Both the position numbers and the translations under genes were made by a program. Positions 1 through 10,363 of a stretch of DNA of 64,000 bases are shown in pieces. The first letter of the stretch is position 1; the number at the start of each line of letters is the position of its first letter. The DNA lies in contig NZ_CATMFB010000010.1 of assembly GCF_950066645.1 (NCBI RefSeq), forward strand, positions 95,139-159,138. The letters are read 5' to 3'. The stretch is from an uncultured Thalassolituus sp. Its GTDB lineage: Bacteria; Pseudomonadota; Gammaproteobacteria; Pseudomonadales; Oceanobacteraceae. The notes beneath the pieces were generated by a model. That model did no database searches, was not told where the DNA came from, and was given only the letters and a program-made list of their open reading frames with translations.

Positions 1-611
1 TGACGGATATCGTTGTATTCAAAGTATTTTTCAGCGTAGAGCCCGTAATATTCAGGGTGGTCTTTGATAATGTGTTTGGCAAGTGTTGCCAGGTCACGGG
101 CGGTGGTCAGATGACCTTCGGCTGGCCAGCCTGTTGCATTCTCAAAGTGAGTGCTGACCATACCAAACTCCTGCGCGTACTGGTTCATCCAGCCGGCAAA
201 TGCGCTTTCTGATCCGGCAAAATACTCAGCAACAGCAATCGATGCATCATTGCCTGACTGCACGATAATTCCGCGCAGCAGATCAATCAGACGTACCTCA
301 GTGCCTTCACGCACCCACATTTTCGAGCCGCCTTTTTTCCAGGCCGTCACACTGATAGGCACCATAGTGTCTTCGGTGACCTTGCCTTCCTGCAACTCAT
401 GCACGGCGATGTAGCTGGTCATCATCTTTGTCATGCTGGCAGGCGGCAGGCGCTCATCAGAATTTTTTTCTACCAGCACCTCACCACTGTCTGCATCAAC
501 CAGAATGTATGCAGTCGCATCGAGCGCAGGAGGATTAGGGATAAGAATTTCAGCAGACGCTGTAAACGAAACAAACAGAGCAACAGAAGCAAAAAATCGG
601 AATAAACGCAT
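1..611 (-). CDS. dacC: D-alanyl-D-alanine carboxypeptidase (PBP5/6 family), 3' end outside the window
   Basis: Manual translation from ATG 611: MRLFRFFASVALFVSFTASAEILIPNPPALDATAYILVDADSGEVLVEKNSDERLPPASMTKMMTSY... SxxK (SMTK), SGN (QSGNDA) and HFENATG motifs of peptidase S11. Confidence 0.93.
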   Translation of the reverse strand, partial: MRLFRFFASVALFVSFTASAEILIPNPPALDATAYILVDADSGEVLVEKNSDERLPPASMTKMMTSYIAVHELQEGKVTEDTMVPISVTAWKKGGSKMWVREGTEVRLIDLLRGIIVQSGNDASIAVAEYFAGSESAFAGWMNQYAQEFGMVSTHFENATGWPAEGHLTTARDLATLAKHIIKDHPEYYGLYAEKYFEYNDIR

Positions 612-738
612 TGTACCGGGACCAGAATAAAAACTTGCGCGGCATTGTACCACGCGCTCAGGAATTGTCAGGGGCGCCAGACGCGCCCACTGTGCGACCC
701 CGGAAGCGGCAGAAGGTTCCGCCTCCGGAAGGGTCCGA

Positions 739-1845
739 TCAGCCTGACACCTCTTCCACCAGAGAACTGGTGCGCGGTGGATGCAGGGTGACATTCGGGG
801 TTTCCCCAGCGGCCAGTGGCTCGTGGCTGTGACGCAGGCGATAACCGCGGTCAATACGACGACCACACAAGGTGAGACGAACGGCCAGCCAGCGGTAATC
901 CGACTTGCTGTCAGTGTGAATCACGACTGATGCGTCCTCATCCACCATTTTCTGACAGATATCACCCATCTGATCTGCAATACCACGGTCTTTGGAAGAC
1001 AGTGCCGGAGCTGGTACGTCGTAGCGCGCAATCGGCGCTGACTCTTCCCGGGCACCAGCCCACAGCTGAGTTGTTTTCGCCAGAGGTGTCGCGGCCACTT
1101 CGCGTTTTGGCTTCACCACAGGTGCAGGTTTCTGAACTCTGACCACAGGGGCAGGCTTCGCCGGCGCCGCAGGCTCCAGGATGTCCAGCGCGATATCGTC
1201 GATATCCACAGGGGATTTCTGGCTTGCCGCTTCCTGTTTTTTGGCTGCCGCCAGAGCCGCACGGCGTTCGCGCTCCTGTTGTTCACGCAGCGCCTTTTCT
1301 GCGGCGGCTTTACGGGCTTCTTCCGCACGACGCGCGGCTTCAGCCTGTTTCTGTTTCTCAGCTTCTACTTTGAGGCGCTCTTTCTCGCGGGCGGCCGCTT
1401 CAGCAAGCTTTCTCTGACGTTCCAGCTCCGCACGGGAGACGGCTTCTTCTTCGACAGCGGCGACCGGAGCCGAGCCTGCTGCACGGGCTTCGTCAATCGC
1501 GCGCTGAGCATCTTCAAGTCCGGGGGTCAGTGCGGCCACCGGCCAGACTTTATCCAGATATTCCTGAGCCTGTTCATACTTACCCTTTGCCAGCGCCTGA
1601 CGGGCAAGGCCGACGTACGCTTCGCCCCACTGGTAAGCAAGAGGAACCACACGGAAATCGAAGGGTGCCGCTTCACGGAATGACTCGATTTTATCCAGCG
1701 CATTATTGTTGGCCGGCGTGCTCAGGCGCATTTCAGAGATGTCTTGTTCAATCTTCGTAAGAAGTTGATCTAAATCTTCAGGAGTTGCCGTCCATGCCGG
1801 CGCAGCAAAAATCCATGCTGCTATTAAGAGCGAAATCTTTTTCAT
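739..1845 (-). CDS. Exported hypothetical protein (TPR-like N-terminus, Ala/Glu/Lys/Arg coiled-coil spacer, C-terminal globular domain)
   Basis: ORF 739..1968; more likely start MKKISLLIAAWIFAAPAWT (signal peptide) at 1845. Confidence 0.75.
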   Translation of the reverse strand: MKKISLLIAAWIFAAPAWTATPEDLDQLLTKIEQDISEMRLSTPANNNALDKIESFREAAPFDFRVVPLAYQWGEAYVGLARQALAKGKYEQAQEYLDKVWPVAALTPGLEDAQRAIDEARAAGSAPVAAVEEEAVSRAELERQRKLAEAAAREKERLKVEAEKQKQAEAARRAEEARKAAAEKALREQQERERRAALAAAKKQEAASQKSPVDIDDIALDILEPAAPAKPAPVVRVQKPAPVVKPKREVAATPLAKTTQLWAGAREESAPIARYDVPAPALSSKDRGIADQMGDICQKMVDEDASVVIHTDSKSDYRWLAVRLTLCGRRIDRGYRLRHSHEPLAAGETPNVTLHPPRTSSLVEEVSG

Positions 1846-1946
1846 GTCACTTGTTATCGTTGTGAAGAACTGCTGCAGACCGGTAAGATGCAGACTTTGC
1901 CGGAGTGATGTCAAGCTCCGTTGCCCTGTTTGGAGAAATCCCTCAC

Positions 1947-2222
1947 ATGTTGATGAGACTCGGTTCACTTATTTTTGCTGTTCCTGCCGTTTTACTGATC
2001 GTACTTTACGGCATAGAACTGAGCACAGTGACCAGCTGCATTGAAGCCGGCGGACACTATAATTTTGCCAGTGGCGAATGCGGAGAAGAGATTTCTGAGC
2101 GGATCAGTTTTTATCAACGTCACCGGCTGCTCGTTGATCTCACCTTATTATTATCGACTGCCGGTGCCCTGATGATGACCTGGGCCATGCTGAAAAAAGG
2201 CATGACACCAAAAAGCGACTGA
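1947..2222 (+). CDS. Small membrane protein (2 TM, periplasmic Cys pair)
   Basis: GGAGA RBS before ATG 1947; two hydrophobic segments flanking CIEAGGHYNFASGEC. Confidence 0.65.
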   Translation: MLMRLGSLIFAVPAVLLIVLYGIELSTVTSCIEAGGHYNFASGECGEEISERISFYQRHRLLVDLTLLLSTAGALMMTWAMLKKGMTPKSD

Positions 2223-2663
2223 TCAGCCACAGCATTTCTTCCACTTCCGGCCACTTCCACACGGACAAGCGTCATTGCGCCCGGGGCTGAGGGGCCGGAA
2301 ATCAGTGTTCCCTGCCAGATATTTCCAGTCGTCGTCTATCTTTTCGAAACGCGATTTTTCTTCGAGCTCAAACCACTCAGTCCCTTCACGGAAACGTGCG
2401 ATAAAATGCACATGCCCGGAATTCCCGTCTTCGCCGTGGTCCAGAATCAACAACTGAGTCCATTGTGTATCGGCGGCAAATTCCAAGGTGTCGGGGCAGT
2501 AATCCGGGTGCCAGGAGCGCTTCAGGTATTCTGCATTTTCGGTGACAAATGCCGTATACCGTGACCGCATAAGGGCCAGCGGCGACCCCGCCCGCGCCCC
2601 TGCCAGTATCGGTTCACAACATTCACTGGCAGAACGTCCGGAGTGACAGGAGCAGAGACTCAC
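2223..2663 (-). CDS. ychJ: YchJ family protein with SEC-C motifs
   Basis: N-terminal CSCHSG...CC, LMRSRYTAF, SRFEK, C-terminal GRNDACPCGSGRKWKKCC. Confidence 0.9.
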   Translation of the reverse strand: MSLCSCHSGRSASECCEPILAGARAGSPLALMRSRYTAFVTENAEYLKRSWHPDYCPDTLEFAADTQWTQLLILDHGEDGNSGHVHFIARFREGTEWFELEEKSRFEKIDDDWKYLAGNTDFRPLSPGRNDACPCGSGRKWKKCCG

Positions 2664-3670
2664 TGCACACCACCGCGGGCACCGGCCATCAGCGCACCAA
2701 TGGCGGTCGACAGTGTTTCACTGCGCTGCGGATGGCGGAAGGCTTCCAGAATCCGGCCCCGCATGCCCGGCAACGTCATCAGATCAGCCACCAGCGCCAT
2801 AAAGGTCTCGGCACCGGCCTTTGCCAGCGACTCGAGGTAGGAATTAAGACGCGCCCCCTCAAGGTCATGCCAGCAGCGACTTCCGATGGCACTGAGCAGT
2901 TCCAGTGAGCTGGCGTGCGGATGTGCAAGAACAACGTCGAGTATCTGTTGGCGGTGATCAACACTGACACTCGCAGACATCGCCCGACAATAGGCCGCCA
3001 GAGTGGCAGCATCTGCATTGGAGCGCATGGCCTCAGCCAGACCATCACTAAGAGCGATCGTAAGGGCAACATCCGGGCTGGCATTTTCAAGGAAGCCTAA
3101 AATCACATTGCGGGGCACCTCAGGCATATGCGGCAAGGCAGACGCCAGCAGGTTGCTGTTATTTTCCTGATCAAGCCGCGCAACCACTTCAGCAAGCCCC
3201 TGCAGGCCTAGCTGTTGCCAGTTGTCCCAACCGGTATCTCCGCTCAGATACGCCCGGGCGGTGGTATAAAAACGGGTAGCAGGCTGGTTCAGCTCGCGCA
3301 GAGCCTGAGAATGAAAATAGGCCATCCGGTTGCCATCCGGTTTAAAACTGCACGGTGCCTCACCATGTTCTTTGTCCGGCGCGGCAATCACCTGCAGCCA
3401 GTGCTGCAGAAAAGCATCTCTCGGCCCCGGCTGCAGAATATTCTGTTCGTCTAAAGGCAGTTTCAGAAACCAGATATTGTGCTGGCCCGGCTCCTGCGGA
3501 TTCCAGCTGAGAATGCCCACCCAGGCATGTCGCAGATAAGGTGAGTGATACGGGCGCGCGAGATTTTCAAAGGCTTCGAATTCAGCAACATCTATGGCAG
3601 AAATTCTGCGACCAAGATCAAACACCCGCATCTCGGCACCGGTACCTGCAACAAACTGACTGATCGACAT
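2660..3670 (-). CDS. DUF3549 family protein
   Basis: VFDLGRR...PY..P...HAW and IWFLKLPLDE pattern recalled for DUF3549; overlaps ychJ start. Confidence 0.8.
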   Translation of the reverse strand: MSISQFVAGTGAEMRVFDLGRRISAIDVAEFEAFENLARPYHSPYLRHAWVGILSWNPQEPGQHNIWFLKLPLDEQNILQPGPRDAFLQHWLQVIAAPDKEHGEAPCSFKPDGNRMAYFHSQALRELNQPATRFYTTARAYLSGDTGWDNWQQLGLQGLAEVVARLDQENNSNLLASALPHMPEVPRNVILGFLENASPDVALTIALSDGLAEAMRSNADAATLAAYCRAMSASVSVDHRQQILDVVLAHPHASSLELLSAIGSRCWHDLEGARLNSYLESLAKAGAETFMALVADLMTLPGMRGRILEAFRHPQRSETLSTAIGALMAGARGGVQ

Positions 3671-3774
3671 CTCATCTTCCCCGCATACTGAATTCAGGGG
3701 CGCGATGTTATCAGGTTTTGCCCCCGCATTGGATTCGTTATCATGGTGCAGAACCTTAACGCAGGAAGTCTGAC

Positions 3775-4023
3775 ATGTTGTTTGTTGCCGCCATTATCGC
3801 CGCCGCTGTCCTCGGTGGTGCACTGACCGCTATGGTATTGACCAACCGCTGGAGATCGATCGTCGACGAAACCAGACGTGAACTGGAAAGTATGACGGCG
3901 ACTTATCGCGAACACGAAGCGGAAAATCAACAGCTGAAACAGAAAGTTGCGGATCTTCAGTACGAAGCCAACAGCCTGAAAAAAGACCTCAACTACGAAC
4001 GCAGCCGGCGTCAGGAAGACTGA
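3775..4023 (+). CDS. Small single-TM coiled-coil protein
   Basis: N-terminal hydrophobic helix followed by a heptad-rich charged segment. Confidence 0.65.
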   Translation: MLFVAAIIAAAVLGGALTAMVLTNRWRSIVDETRRELESMTATYREHEAENQQLKQKVADLQYEANSLKKDLNYERSRRQED

Positions 4024-4595
4024 CGCCCACGCAATACCAGACTGACGGCGACCGCCACCAGGGTCGCCCCCGCAAGGAACATCAGCGCCGGACCCGGCTG
4101 CAGATACTGGCTGAACTCTTCTCCCAGCCAATACATCCCGAGAAGATAAACGCCTCCCCAGGCGGGTGAAGACAGAGCATTCGCCAGCCAGAACCGGGAA
4201 GCTGGCATGGCCAGTGCCCCGGCGGCTAACGGCACGACGGGTCGCAGCGGGCCGATAAAGCGTCCCAGCATAATGCTCCAGACACCGTAACGCAGAAAGA
4301 ACGTCTCGCCTTCGGCCAGCACCCGAGGGTGTCTGCGGAAGTATGCCCAATGACGTACCCCCGGCCCGGCCTTCTGCCCGAGCCAGAAACTGACACCGTC
4401 ACCGGCAAACGCGCCAACACTGCCTGCCAGAAACCATCCCCAGGCCGGCACCCCGGCATCAACCGCAACTAAGGTCAGTGCCAGCAGCATGGCGATCCCG
4501 GGCACCAGCAGACCAATTACGGCAAGCGACTCCAGCAAAGCCACCAAAAGCACGGCCAGCAGCAGACCCAGATTGCTGAGCTGTGAAAAATCCAC
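4011..4595 (-). CDS. DedA family membrane protein
   Basis: ESLAVIGLLVPG, GDGVSFWLG, GRFIGPLRPVVPLAAG motifs. Confidence 0.9.
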   Translation of the reverse strand: MDFSQLSNLGLLLAVLLVALLESLAVIGLLVPGIAMLLALTLVAVDAGVPAWGWFLAGSVGAFAGDGVSFWLGQKAGPGVRHWAYFRRHPRVLAEGETFFLRYGVWSIMLGRFIGPLRPVVPLAAGALAMPASRFWLANALSSPAWGGVYLLGMYWLGEEFSQYLQPGPALMFLAGATLVAVAVSLVLRGRQSS

Positions 4596-4763
4596 CGGTT
4601 ACCTCCTGTTCTGATTCATCTGTGACAAACTCCCATGATCCCGGTTCTGTCTCCGGTAAAGTTTGCGTCTGGCCGGATTAACCCGTTTAATACCAGACAA
4701 CCCCGTCAGGAAGAAACCCGGGGATTACCGGATAAATCCGGAGTCTCCCTAAGAAGAATAATT

Positions 4764-5621
4764 ATGAAGGCAGCATCTACCGACACATCCCGTATCAGTG
4801 TGAGTGCTCACTACACTGGCTACATCTGGTACAAACATGGTCTCTCCGCACGCGGCTTCGTGACGTCAGCCGGACGATTCGCCAATGCAACTCTGGCGCC
4901 GGTCAATGCACTGTTGCGCCTGCTTGCCGGTGCAGATATTGATATTTTTCTGCTACAGCGACATTCGGTGATCGACCACCAGGTGCAGGAGTTGATTGAA
5001 AAAGAAGGCGTGACTCAGATTGTCGAGCTGGCCTGTGGACTATCACCACGCGGCTACCGCCTGAAGAAAGCGTACCCACAGTTGCGCTATATCGAGGGGG
5101 ACCTCCCTGGAATGGCCGCACGTAAGCGCTCACTGCTCCAGCAGGTTGGCATGTCGGAAGGACACGAAGTGCGCGAGTGTAACATTCTGAATGCTGATGG
5201 CCCGGAGTCTCTCGGAGCACTGCTGGCTGAACTCGATCCTGAACAGCCCACCCTGATTATCACCGAAGGGCTGGTCAATTATTTCGAACTGGATGAAATC
5301 CGCGAAGTCTGGTCACGCATGGCCAGCGGCCTGAAGGTATTTCCGAAAGGCTGGTATGTGACCGATCTCTACCCTGATTTCGCCGAGCATCCGTCGTACC
5401 GCTATGTGAAGTTCGCCCAGAAACTGGTGGGGCTGTTCACCCGCGGACAATGGCCGCTGCACTACCCTTCTGACAAAGCCATCCGGGAAGGTTTTCAGGG
5501 AGACGGCTTCAGCCAGGTCGAGGTCCTCGACCCGGCCAGTTTTTATGGCAAGCTAAGCCATCTGCCACAAGTGAAAATCCAGACCCTCGTCCGGATCATC
5601 AAGGCTGGCGTCAGTCGCTGA
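4764..5621 (+). CDS. Class I SAM-dependent methyltransferase (leucine carboxyl methyltransferase-like)
   Basis: QIVELACGLSPR, IEGDLP, LIITEGLVNYF; start at ATG 4764. Confidence 0.8.
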   Translation: MKAASTDTSRISVSAHYTGYIWYKHGLSARGFVTSAGRFANATLAPVNALLRLLAGADIDIFLLQRHSVIDHQVQELIEKEGVTQIVELACGLSPRGYRLKKAYPQLRYIEGDLPGMAARKRSLLQQVGMSEGHEVRECNILNADGPESLGALLAELDPEQPTLIITEGLVNYFELDEIREVWSRMASGLKVFPKGWYVTDLYPDFAEHPSYRYVKFAQKLVGLFTRGQWPLHYPSDKAIREGFQGDGFSQVEVLDPASFYGKLSHLPQVKIQTLVRIIKAGVSR

Positions 5622-6594
5622 ACGCCGCGAGCTGCAGGCTGGTGCGTTGCTGCTTCTGCAAACGTGCCAGCAAGCGCTTCTCCAGTGAAGCCGTTGTCTC
5701 TTCATGATTGCGGGTGACCGCAGCAACGCTGATTGACAGCTCTGCGAAGGGCTTCCACGACTGCTCCTGAATCTTGCGTTTCATACGCTCCATCAGAACG
5801 ATCGCTCCTTCTTCACCGCAATTCGGCAACACCAGAATAATCAGGTCGTCGTCCATACGGAAAATATCGTCTTCCCCCCGGATCAACTGCCGGATGCGCC
5901 GCACGAAGCGTGGCAGAAACTGCAACACTGAACGGTTGCCGTGCAGATCAATCAACTGACGATAATCATCAAGCACGATACCGATCAGACTGACACTCTG
6001 ACGGGTTGCTTCACCTCGGGCGATCTCCCGTTCGAGCAGGTGATAAAAGTGTTCGCGGTTATAGGCGCCAGACACCTGATCCGTCAATGCCAGGCGCTGC
6101 AGTGACGCACCTTTCAACAAGGTCAGATAGGAAAAACACCAGGCCGAGACCACCAGCAGTGAAAAGTTAGTGGTGTACCTGAGAGCAACCAGTACATCCT
6201 CATGCACCCAGAGTACAGCAGCCATTAATACAGCGACCGTCATGTTGCACCAGGTCGCGTGCATCATTGGCAGACAGAAGTAGGTAAACATCGGAATCGC
6301 GAAGAGGTAGTGCGTCATCAGTTCCGGATAATCCGGTAGCTGAAACAGCGCCAGCCCGACCAACAAGCCGACGAGCGGGTAATTCACCCAGAGAAAAGCG
6401 TCTCTGTCGCGATTGATATAAATGTATATCGCGCTGAACAGGAAAGCCGGTATCGAGACCGCATTGGACAGCACCAGCGAATACAGGCCCTGACGATACT
6501 GATCGTAAATCAACAGCAGGAGTGCGGCGGCCACCAGGGTGTAGACCATGGCCTGAAGTCGCGGTAACAGCTGCTCCTGCGGCAGTTCATTCAT
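5611..6594 (-). CDS. Membrane-bound GGDEF-domain protein, degenerate active site, RxxD intact
   Basis: 5-6 TM helices, then LTDQVSGAYNRE...RGEDDIFRMDDDLI. Confidence 0.8.
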   Translation of the reverse strand: MNELPQEQLLPRLQAMVYTLVAAALLLLIYDQYRQGLYSLVLSNAVSIPAFLFSAIYIYINRDRDAFLWVNYPLVGLLVGLALFQLPDYPELMTHYLFAIPMFTYFCLPMMHATWCNMTVAVLMAAVLWVHEDVLVALRYTTNFSLLVVSAWCFSYLTLLKGASLQRLALTDQVSGAYNREHFYHLLEREIARGEATRQSVSLIGIVLDDYRQLIDLHGNRSVLQFLPRFVRRIRQLIRGEDDIFRMDDDLIILVLPNCGEEGAIVLMERMKRKIQEQSWKPFAELSISVAAVTRNHEETTASLEKRLLARLQKQQRTSLQLAAFSD

Positions 6595-7528
6595 TCGCAG
6601 CACGGAGCGCTCCTTCTATTCGTTCGATAATCGCCGACACGTCATCTTCCGGGTGGTAACGCTCGTGATGAATCCGGATGTTGGCCACCCCTTCGTATCG
6701 GTTACTGCCGGTCAGGTCATCCATCAGATTCTCAGCCAGAATTTCACCATCGGCTTCGTCGCTATGGGGCATCAGCACCACAAAATGATCCGAGTGCAGG
6801 CGGTAGCAGGTATCAAAACGGCGCAGGCAACGCTTGAGTTTCTTACCCAGATAACTGAGACGGGCTTCATATTCTTCCGTTTTCAGCATATCCCAGGCCT
6901 GAGGTACCGCAACGGCCACCAGGTTCAACTCATCACTCTGGCGATCGGCACGGGTCATTTCTTTCGTCATATCCAGGCGCAGCTGATACTCGTTATAGAC
7001 CTGAGTGACGGGGTCAGTGTTGACGATGGCACTGAGGTCACGATTATTGCGCTCGTTTATCAGAGCAAACATGACCGCGAAGGCGTAACAGGCACCGTAG
7101 GTAAACAGAATCTGCAGACGCAGGAAGCTGTCGAACTCGCTGAGAATCATCAGCACCATGGCCGTGCTGTACACCAGTGCAAGATAACTCGCGACATGAA
7201 AGGCAAACAGAAAATAGATATACCCCGGCACGAAGTACACCCAATGAACCACCTGCGCACTCTGCTGCATTCCGAACAGGGTAAACAAGGCCACTGATGT
7301 AATCAGAACCCATTCCGGCCAGGGAGACACTCTCTGCTTACCGCGCATCAGCAGCATCAGTGCATACAGCAGCAGTGTCAGTGAAAATCCGGCAGCCAGT
7401 GCTGCGAATATTGTGTGGGTTTCGACCAGGTCGATGACCGCAATCACACTCAGTGCCAGAGCAGCGAACAGGCAGTACAGCACTTTAACCTGCAGTACGA
7501 CGAGGCTGTGAAACTGGGCTTTTTCCAT
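6587..7528 (-). CDS. Membrane-bound GGDEF-domain protein, degenerate active site, RxxD intact
   Basis: 5-6 TM helices, then [10 protein letters not shown]...[14 protein letters not shown]. Confidence 0.8.
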   Translation of the reverse strand: MEKAQFHSLVVLQVKVLYCLFAALALSVIAVIDLVETHTIFAALAAGFSLTLLLYALMLLMRGKQRVSPWPEWVLITSVALFTLFGMQQSAQVVHWVYFVPGYIYFLFAFHVASYLALVYSTAMVLMILSEFDSFLRLQILFTYGACYAFAVMFALINERNNRDLSAIVNTDPVTQVYNEYQLRLDMTKEMTRADRQSDELNLVAVAVPQAWDMLKTEEYEARLSYLGKKLKRCLRRFDTCYRLHSDHFVVLMPHSDEADGEILAENLMDDLTGSNRYEGVANIRIHHERYHPEDDVSAIIERIEGALRAANE

Positions 7529-7654
7529 GAAATAACAATCCTGTTGATGAACGGTCTTACGACCCTCGCTGAACAGTGTAGTAGTTCGTGTATACTATCG
7601 CACACTACGACCGTGCCATTCTGCGCACAGTCCCTCAGATTGAAGGAATTTCAG

Positions 7655-8911
7655 ATGAACGTTGCTGAATATATGCAGACACTGGGTCAGCAGGCCCGCG
7701 CTGCTTCCCGCGCCATGGCCCGGGCGTCCACCAACGACAAAAACCGCGCGCTGCTGGCCATCGCCGATGAAATCACCCGCCAGCGTGACGCACTGCGCGC
7801 CGCAAACGCCGAAGATATGGAACGTGGCCGGACCAACGGTCTCGACGCTGCGCTGCTGGATCGCCTGGAGCTGACCGACGGTCGCATCGACACTATGATC
7901 GAAGGCCTGCAGCAGGTCGCTACCCTGCCTGATCCCGTCGGCGAAATTACCGATATGAAATATCGCCCGAGTGGCATCCAGATTGGCAAAATGCGCGTGC
8001 CACTCGGAGTGATTGGCATTATTTACGAGAGCCGCCCGAACGTCACGATTGAAGCCGCCAGCCTGTGTCTGAAATCAGGTAACGCAGCCATTCTGCGCGG
8101 CGGCTCCGAAGCCATTGCCTCTAACCGGGCACTCGCCGATTGCATCCGCACGGGTCTGCAGGCAGCCGGTCTGCCTGATGGTGCCGTTCAGGTTGTCGAA
8201 ACCACCGACCGTGCTGCAGTTGGTAGTCTGATTACGATGCCCGAATACGTTGACGTCATCGTGCCTCGCGGAGGCAAAGGCCTGATTGAGCGCATCAGTG
8301 CTGAAGCCCGTGTGCCTGTTATCAAGCATCTGGACGGCATCTGTCACGTCTTTATCGATGCAGAAGCAGACCACACCAAAGCCATCAACATCGCGATCAA
8401 TGCCAAAACGCACCGCTATGGCACCTGTAACACCATGGAAACCCTGCTGGTGCACGCCGCTGTGGCCGAAAAAATTCTGCCTGAACTGGCGACTGCGTAC
8501 GGGCAACTGAACGTTGAGCTGCGCGGCTGCGAGAAAACCCGCGCTGTACTGAACGATATTATCGCGGCCACCGAGGAAGACTGGCACACCGAATACCTGG
8601 CGCCGGTCCTGTCTGTCAAAGTCGTCGCCGACATCGATGAAGCCATTGAGCACATTAATCATTACGGCTCTCATCACACCGACAGCATCATCACTGAAAA
8701 CTATACCCTGGCCCGTCAGTTCCTGACTGAGGTCGACAGCTCGTCAGTGATGGTCAATGCCTCGACACGCTTTGCTGATGGCTTCGAATATGGTCTGGGT
8801 GCTGAGATCGGTATTTCTACCGATAAGATCCACGCCCGTGGCCCGGTCGGTCTCGATGGCCTGACATCTCAGAAATACGTCGTTCTTGGCAATGGCGAAA
8901 TCCGCGAATAA
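7655..8911 (+). CDS. proA: Gamma-glutamyl phosphate reductase
   Basis: [52 protein letters not shown]; start ATG 7655 after GAAGGA. Confidence 0.97.
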   Translation: MNVAEYMQTLGQQARAASRAMARASTNDKNRALLAIADEITRQRDALRAANAEDMERGRTNGLDAALLDRLELTDGRIDTMIEGLQQVATLPDPVGEITDMKYRPSGIQIGKMRVPLGVIGIIYESRPNVTIEAASLCLKSGNAAILRGGSEAIASNRALADCIRTGLQAAGLPDGAVQVVETTDRAAVGSLITMPEYVDVIVPRGGKGLIERISAEARVPVIKHLDGICHVFIDAEADHTKAINIAINAKTHRYGTCNTMETLLVHAAVAEKILPELATAYGQLNVELRGCEKTRAVLNDIIAATEEDWHTEYLAPVLSVKVVADIDEAIEHINHYGSHHTDSIITENYTLARQFLTEVDSSSVMVNASTRFADGFEYGLGAEIGISTDKIHARGPVGLDGLTSQKYVVLGNGEIRE

Positions 8912-9533
8912 CGCGGTAGCGCTGCTGGGCGGGACATTCGATCCCGTCCACATCGGCCACCTGCGCATCGCCATCCGCCTTCGTGAGGCTGGGTTCGGAC
9001 GGGTCATCATGATTCCGAACCGTACTCCACCGCACCGCGATCATCCCGGCGCCAGCGCTGAGCAGCGGTTGCAGATGCTGACCCTCGCGACAGAGAATCT
9101 GGAAGGCATTGAGGTCAGTGATATCGAACTGCAGCGCGAGCAGCTCAGCTACACCGCCGACACAGTGTCACTGCTGCGCCAGCAGTTGCCTGATACTCCC
9201 CTGACCTGGGTGATGGGTAACGATGCCTGGAATGGTCTGCCGCGCTGGCATCAGCCCGGGACCGTGCTCAACAACGTCAATTTGTTGGTCATTTCCCGCC
9301 CGGGAGAGTCTGCCAGTACAGCAGGCTGGCTGGGTACTCTGATCAGCGAACGACGCTGTGTTCCGTCAGACTTTCTGACGCTGAACCATGGCGGCATCTG
9401 CCATTTACAGTGGCCCGAACTGGATATCTCTGCGTCCGACTTGCGCGCGGCTATCAAGCGGGGCGACAATATCGCCTTTCTGACACCCCCTGAGGTGATC
9501 AGTTACATTGATCAACACCAACTATACCGATAG
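8892..9533 (+). CDS. nadD: Nicotinate-nucleotide adenylyltransferase
   Basis: [11 protein letters not shown] (HxGH), MGND, DISAS. Confidence 0.95.
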   Translation: MAKSANNAVALLGGTFDPVHIGHLRIAIRLREAGFGRVIMIPNRTPPHRDHPGASAEQRLQMLTLATENLEGIEVSDIELQREQLSYTADTVSLLRQQLPDTPLTWVMGNDAWNGLPRWHQPGTVLNNVNLLVISRPGESASTAGWLGTLISERRCVPSDFLTLNHGGICHLQWPELDISASDLRAAIKRGDNIAFLTPPEVISYIDQHQLYR

Positions 9534-9539
9534 GACTGC

Positions 9540-9887
9540 ATGCAAACCGAGCAAATTAAAGAGCTGGTCATCGACGCGCTTGACGATATGAAAGCGCAGA
9601 ACATCACTGTTCTCGATGTCCGCGGCCGCACCTCAGTTACCGACTGGATGATCATCGCCAATGGTACATCCAGCCGCCACGTTAACGCCGTGGCGGGCAA
9701 CGTCGAAGAGAAGGCCAAGCACGCCGGTCTGCGCCCTAACGGCACGGAAGGCCGGGCGGCTTCAGACTGGGTTCTTATTGACCTCATTGATGTTGTTGTC
9801 CACGTCATGACCGAGCAGGCGCGTCATTTCTATGATCTGGAGCGTCTCTGGGGCGAACCCGGGAATTCCGGACAGAAAGACGCATGA
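9540..9887 (+). CDS. rsfS: Ribosome silencing factor
   Basis: DMKAQNI, DWMIIANGTS.RHV, WVLID..DVVVHVM...R.FYDLERLW. Confidence 0.95.
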   Translation: MQTEQIKELVIDALDDMKAQNITVLDVRGRTSVTDWMIIANGTSSRHVNAVAGNVEEKAKHAGLRPNGTEGRAASDWVLIDLIDVVVHVMTEQARHFYDLERLWGEPGNSGQKDA

Positions 9888-10351
9888 AGCTCCGGCTGCT
9901 TGCGGTCGGAAATAAGATGCCGGCGTGGGTAGAACAGGGCTACCAGGAATACGCACGCCGGATGCCAGCCGATTGCGCGCTGGAGCTGGTCGAACTCAGC
10001 CCGGGACACAGGGGCAAGAACGCCAGTATTGAAAAGGCCATGCAGCAGGAGGCAGAAGCCCTCCGCAAAGCGCTGCGGCCACAGGATCACGTCGTCGCAC
10101 TCGCCGTCGAAGGCAAAGCCTGGTCCACGGAACAACTCTCGCGAGAGCTGGAAGGCTGGCGCATGCAGGGTGGCGATGTTGCCCTGTTGATTGGTGGCCC
10201 GGATGGTATGACGCCAGAGATTATGAAGCTCGCGCAGCAGCGCTGGTCACTGTCAAACCTCACACTGCCCCACCCTCTGGTCCGCGTACTGATGGCCGAA
10301 CAACTCTACCGCGCCTGGACCATCCTCCAGGGCCACCCCTACCATAAGTAA
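9884..10351 (+). CDS. rlmH: 23S rRNA pseudouridine1915 N3-methyltransferase
   Basis: IGGPDG, WSLSNLTLPHPLVRVLMAEQLYRAWTILQGHPYHK. Confidence 0.97.
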   Translation: MKLRLLAVGNKMPAWVEQGYQEYARRMPADCALELVELSPGHRGKNASIEKAMQQEAEALRKALRPQDHVVALAVEGKAWSTEQLSRELEGWRMQGGDVALLIGGPDGMTPEIMKLAQQRWSLSNLTLPHPLVRVLMAEQLYRAWTILQGHPYHK

Positions 10352-10363
10352 GGGCACCGGCGC

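Noticed and set aside
6653-7297. Long alternative-frame or antisense ORFs (e.g. 6653..7297, 8075..8677, 10520..11125, 13390..14046, 36533..37465, 53829..54413)
   Set aside because: They overlap well-supported genes on the other strand and carry no motifs or RBS; they are expected shadows in GC-rich coding DNA
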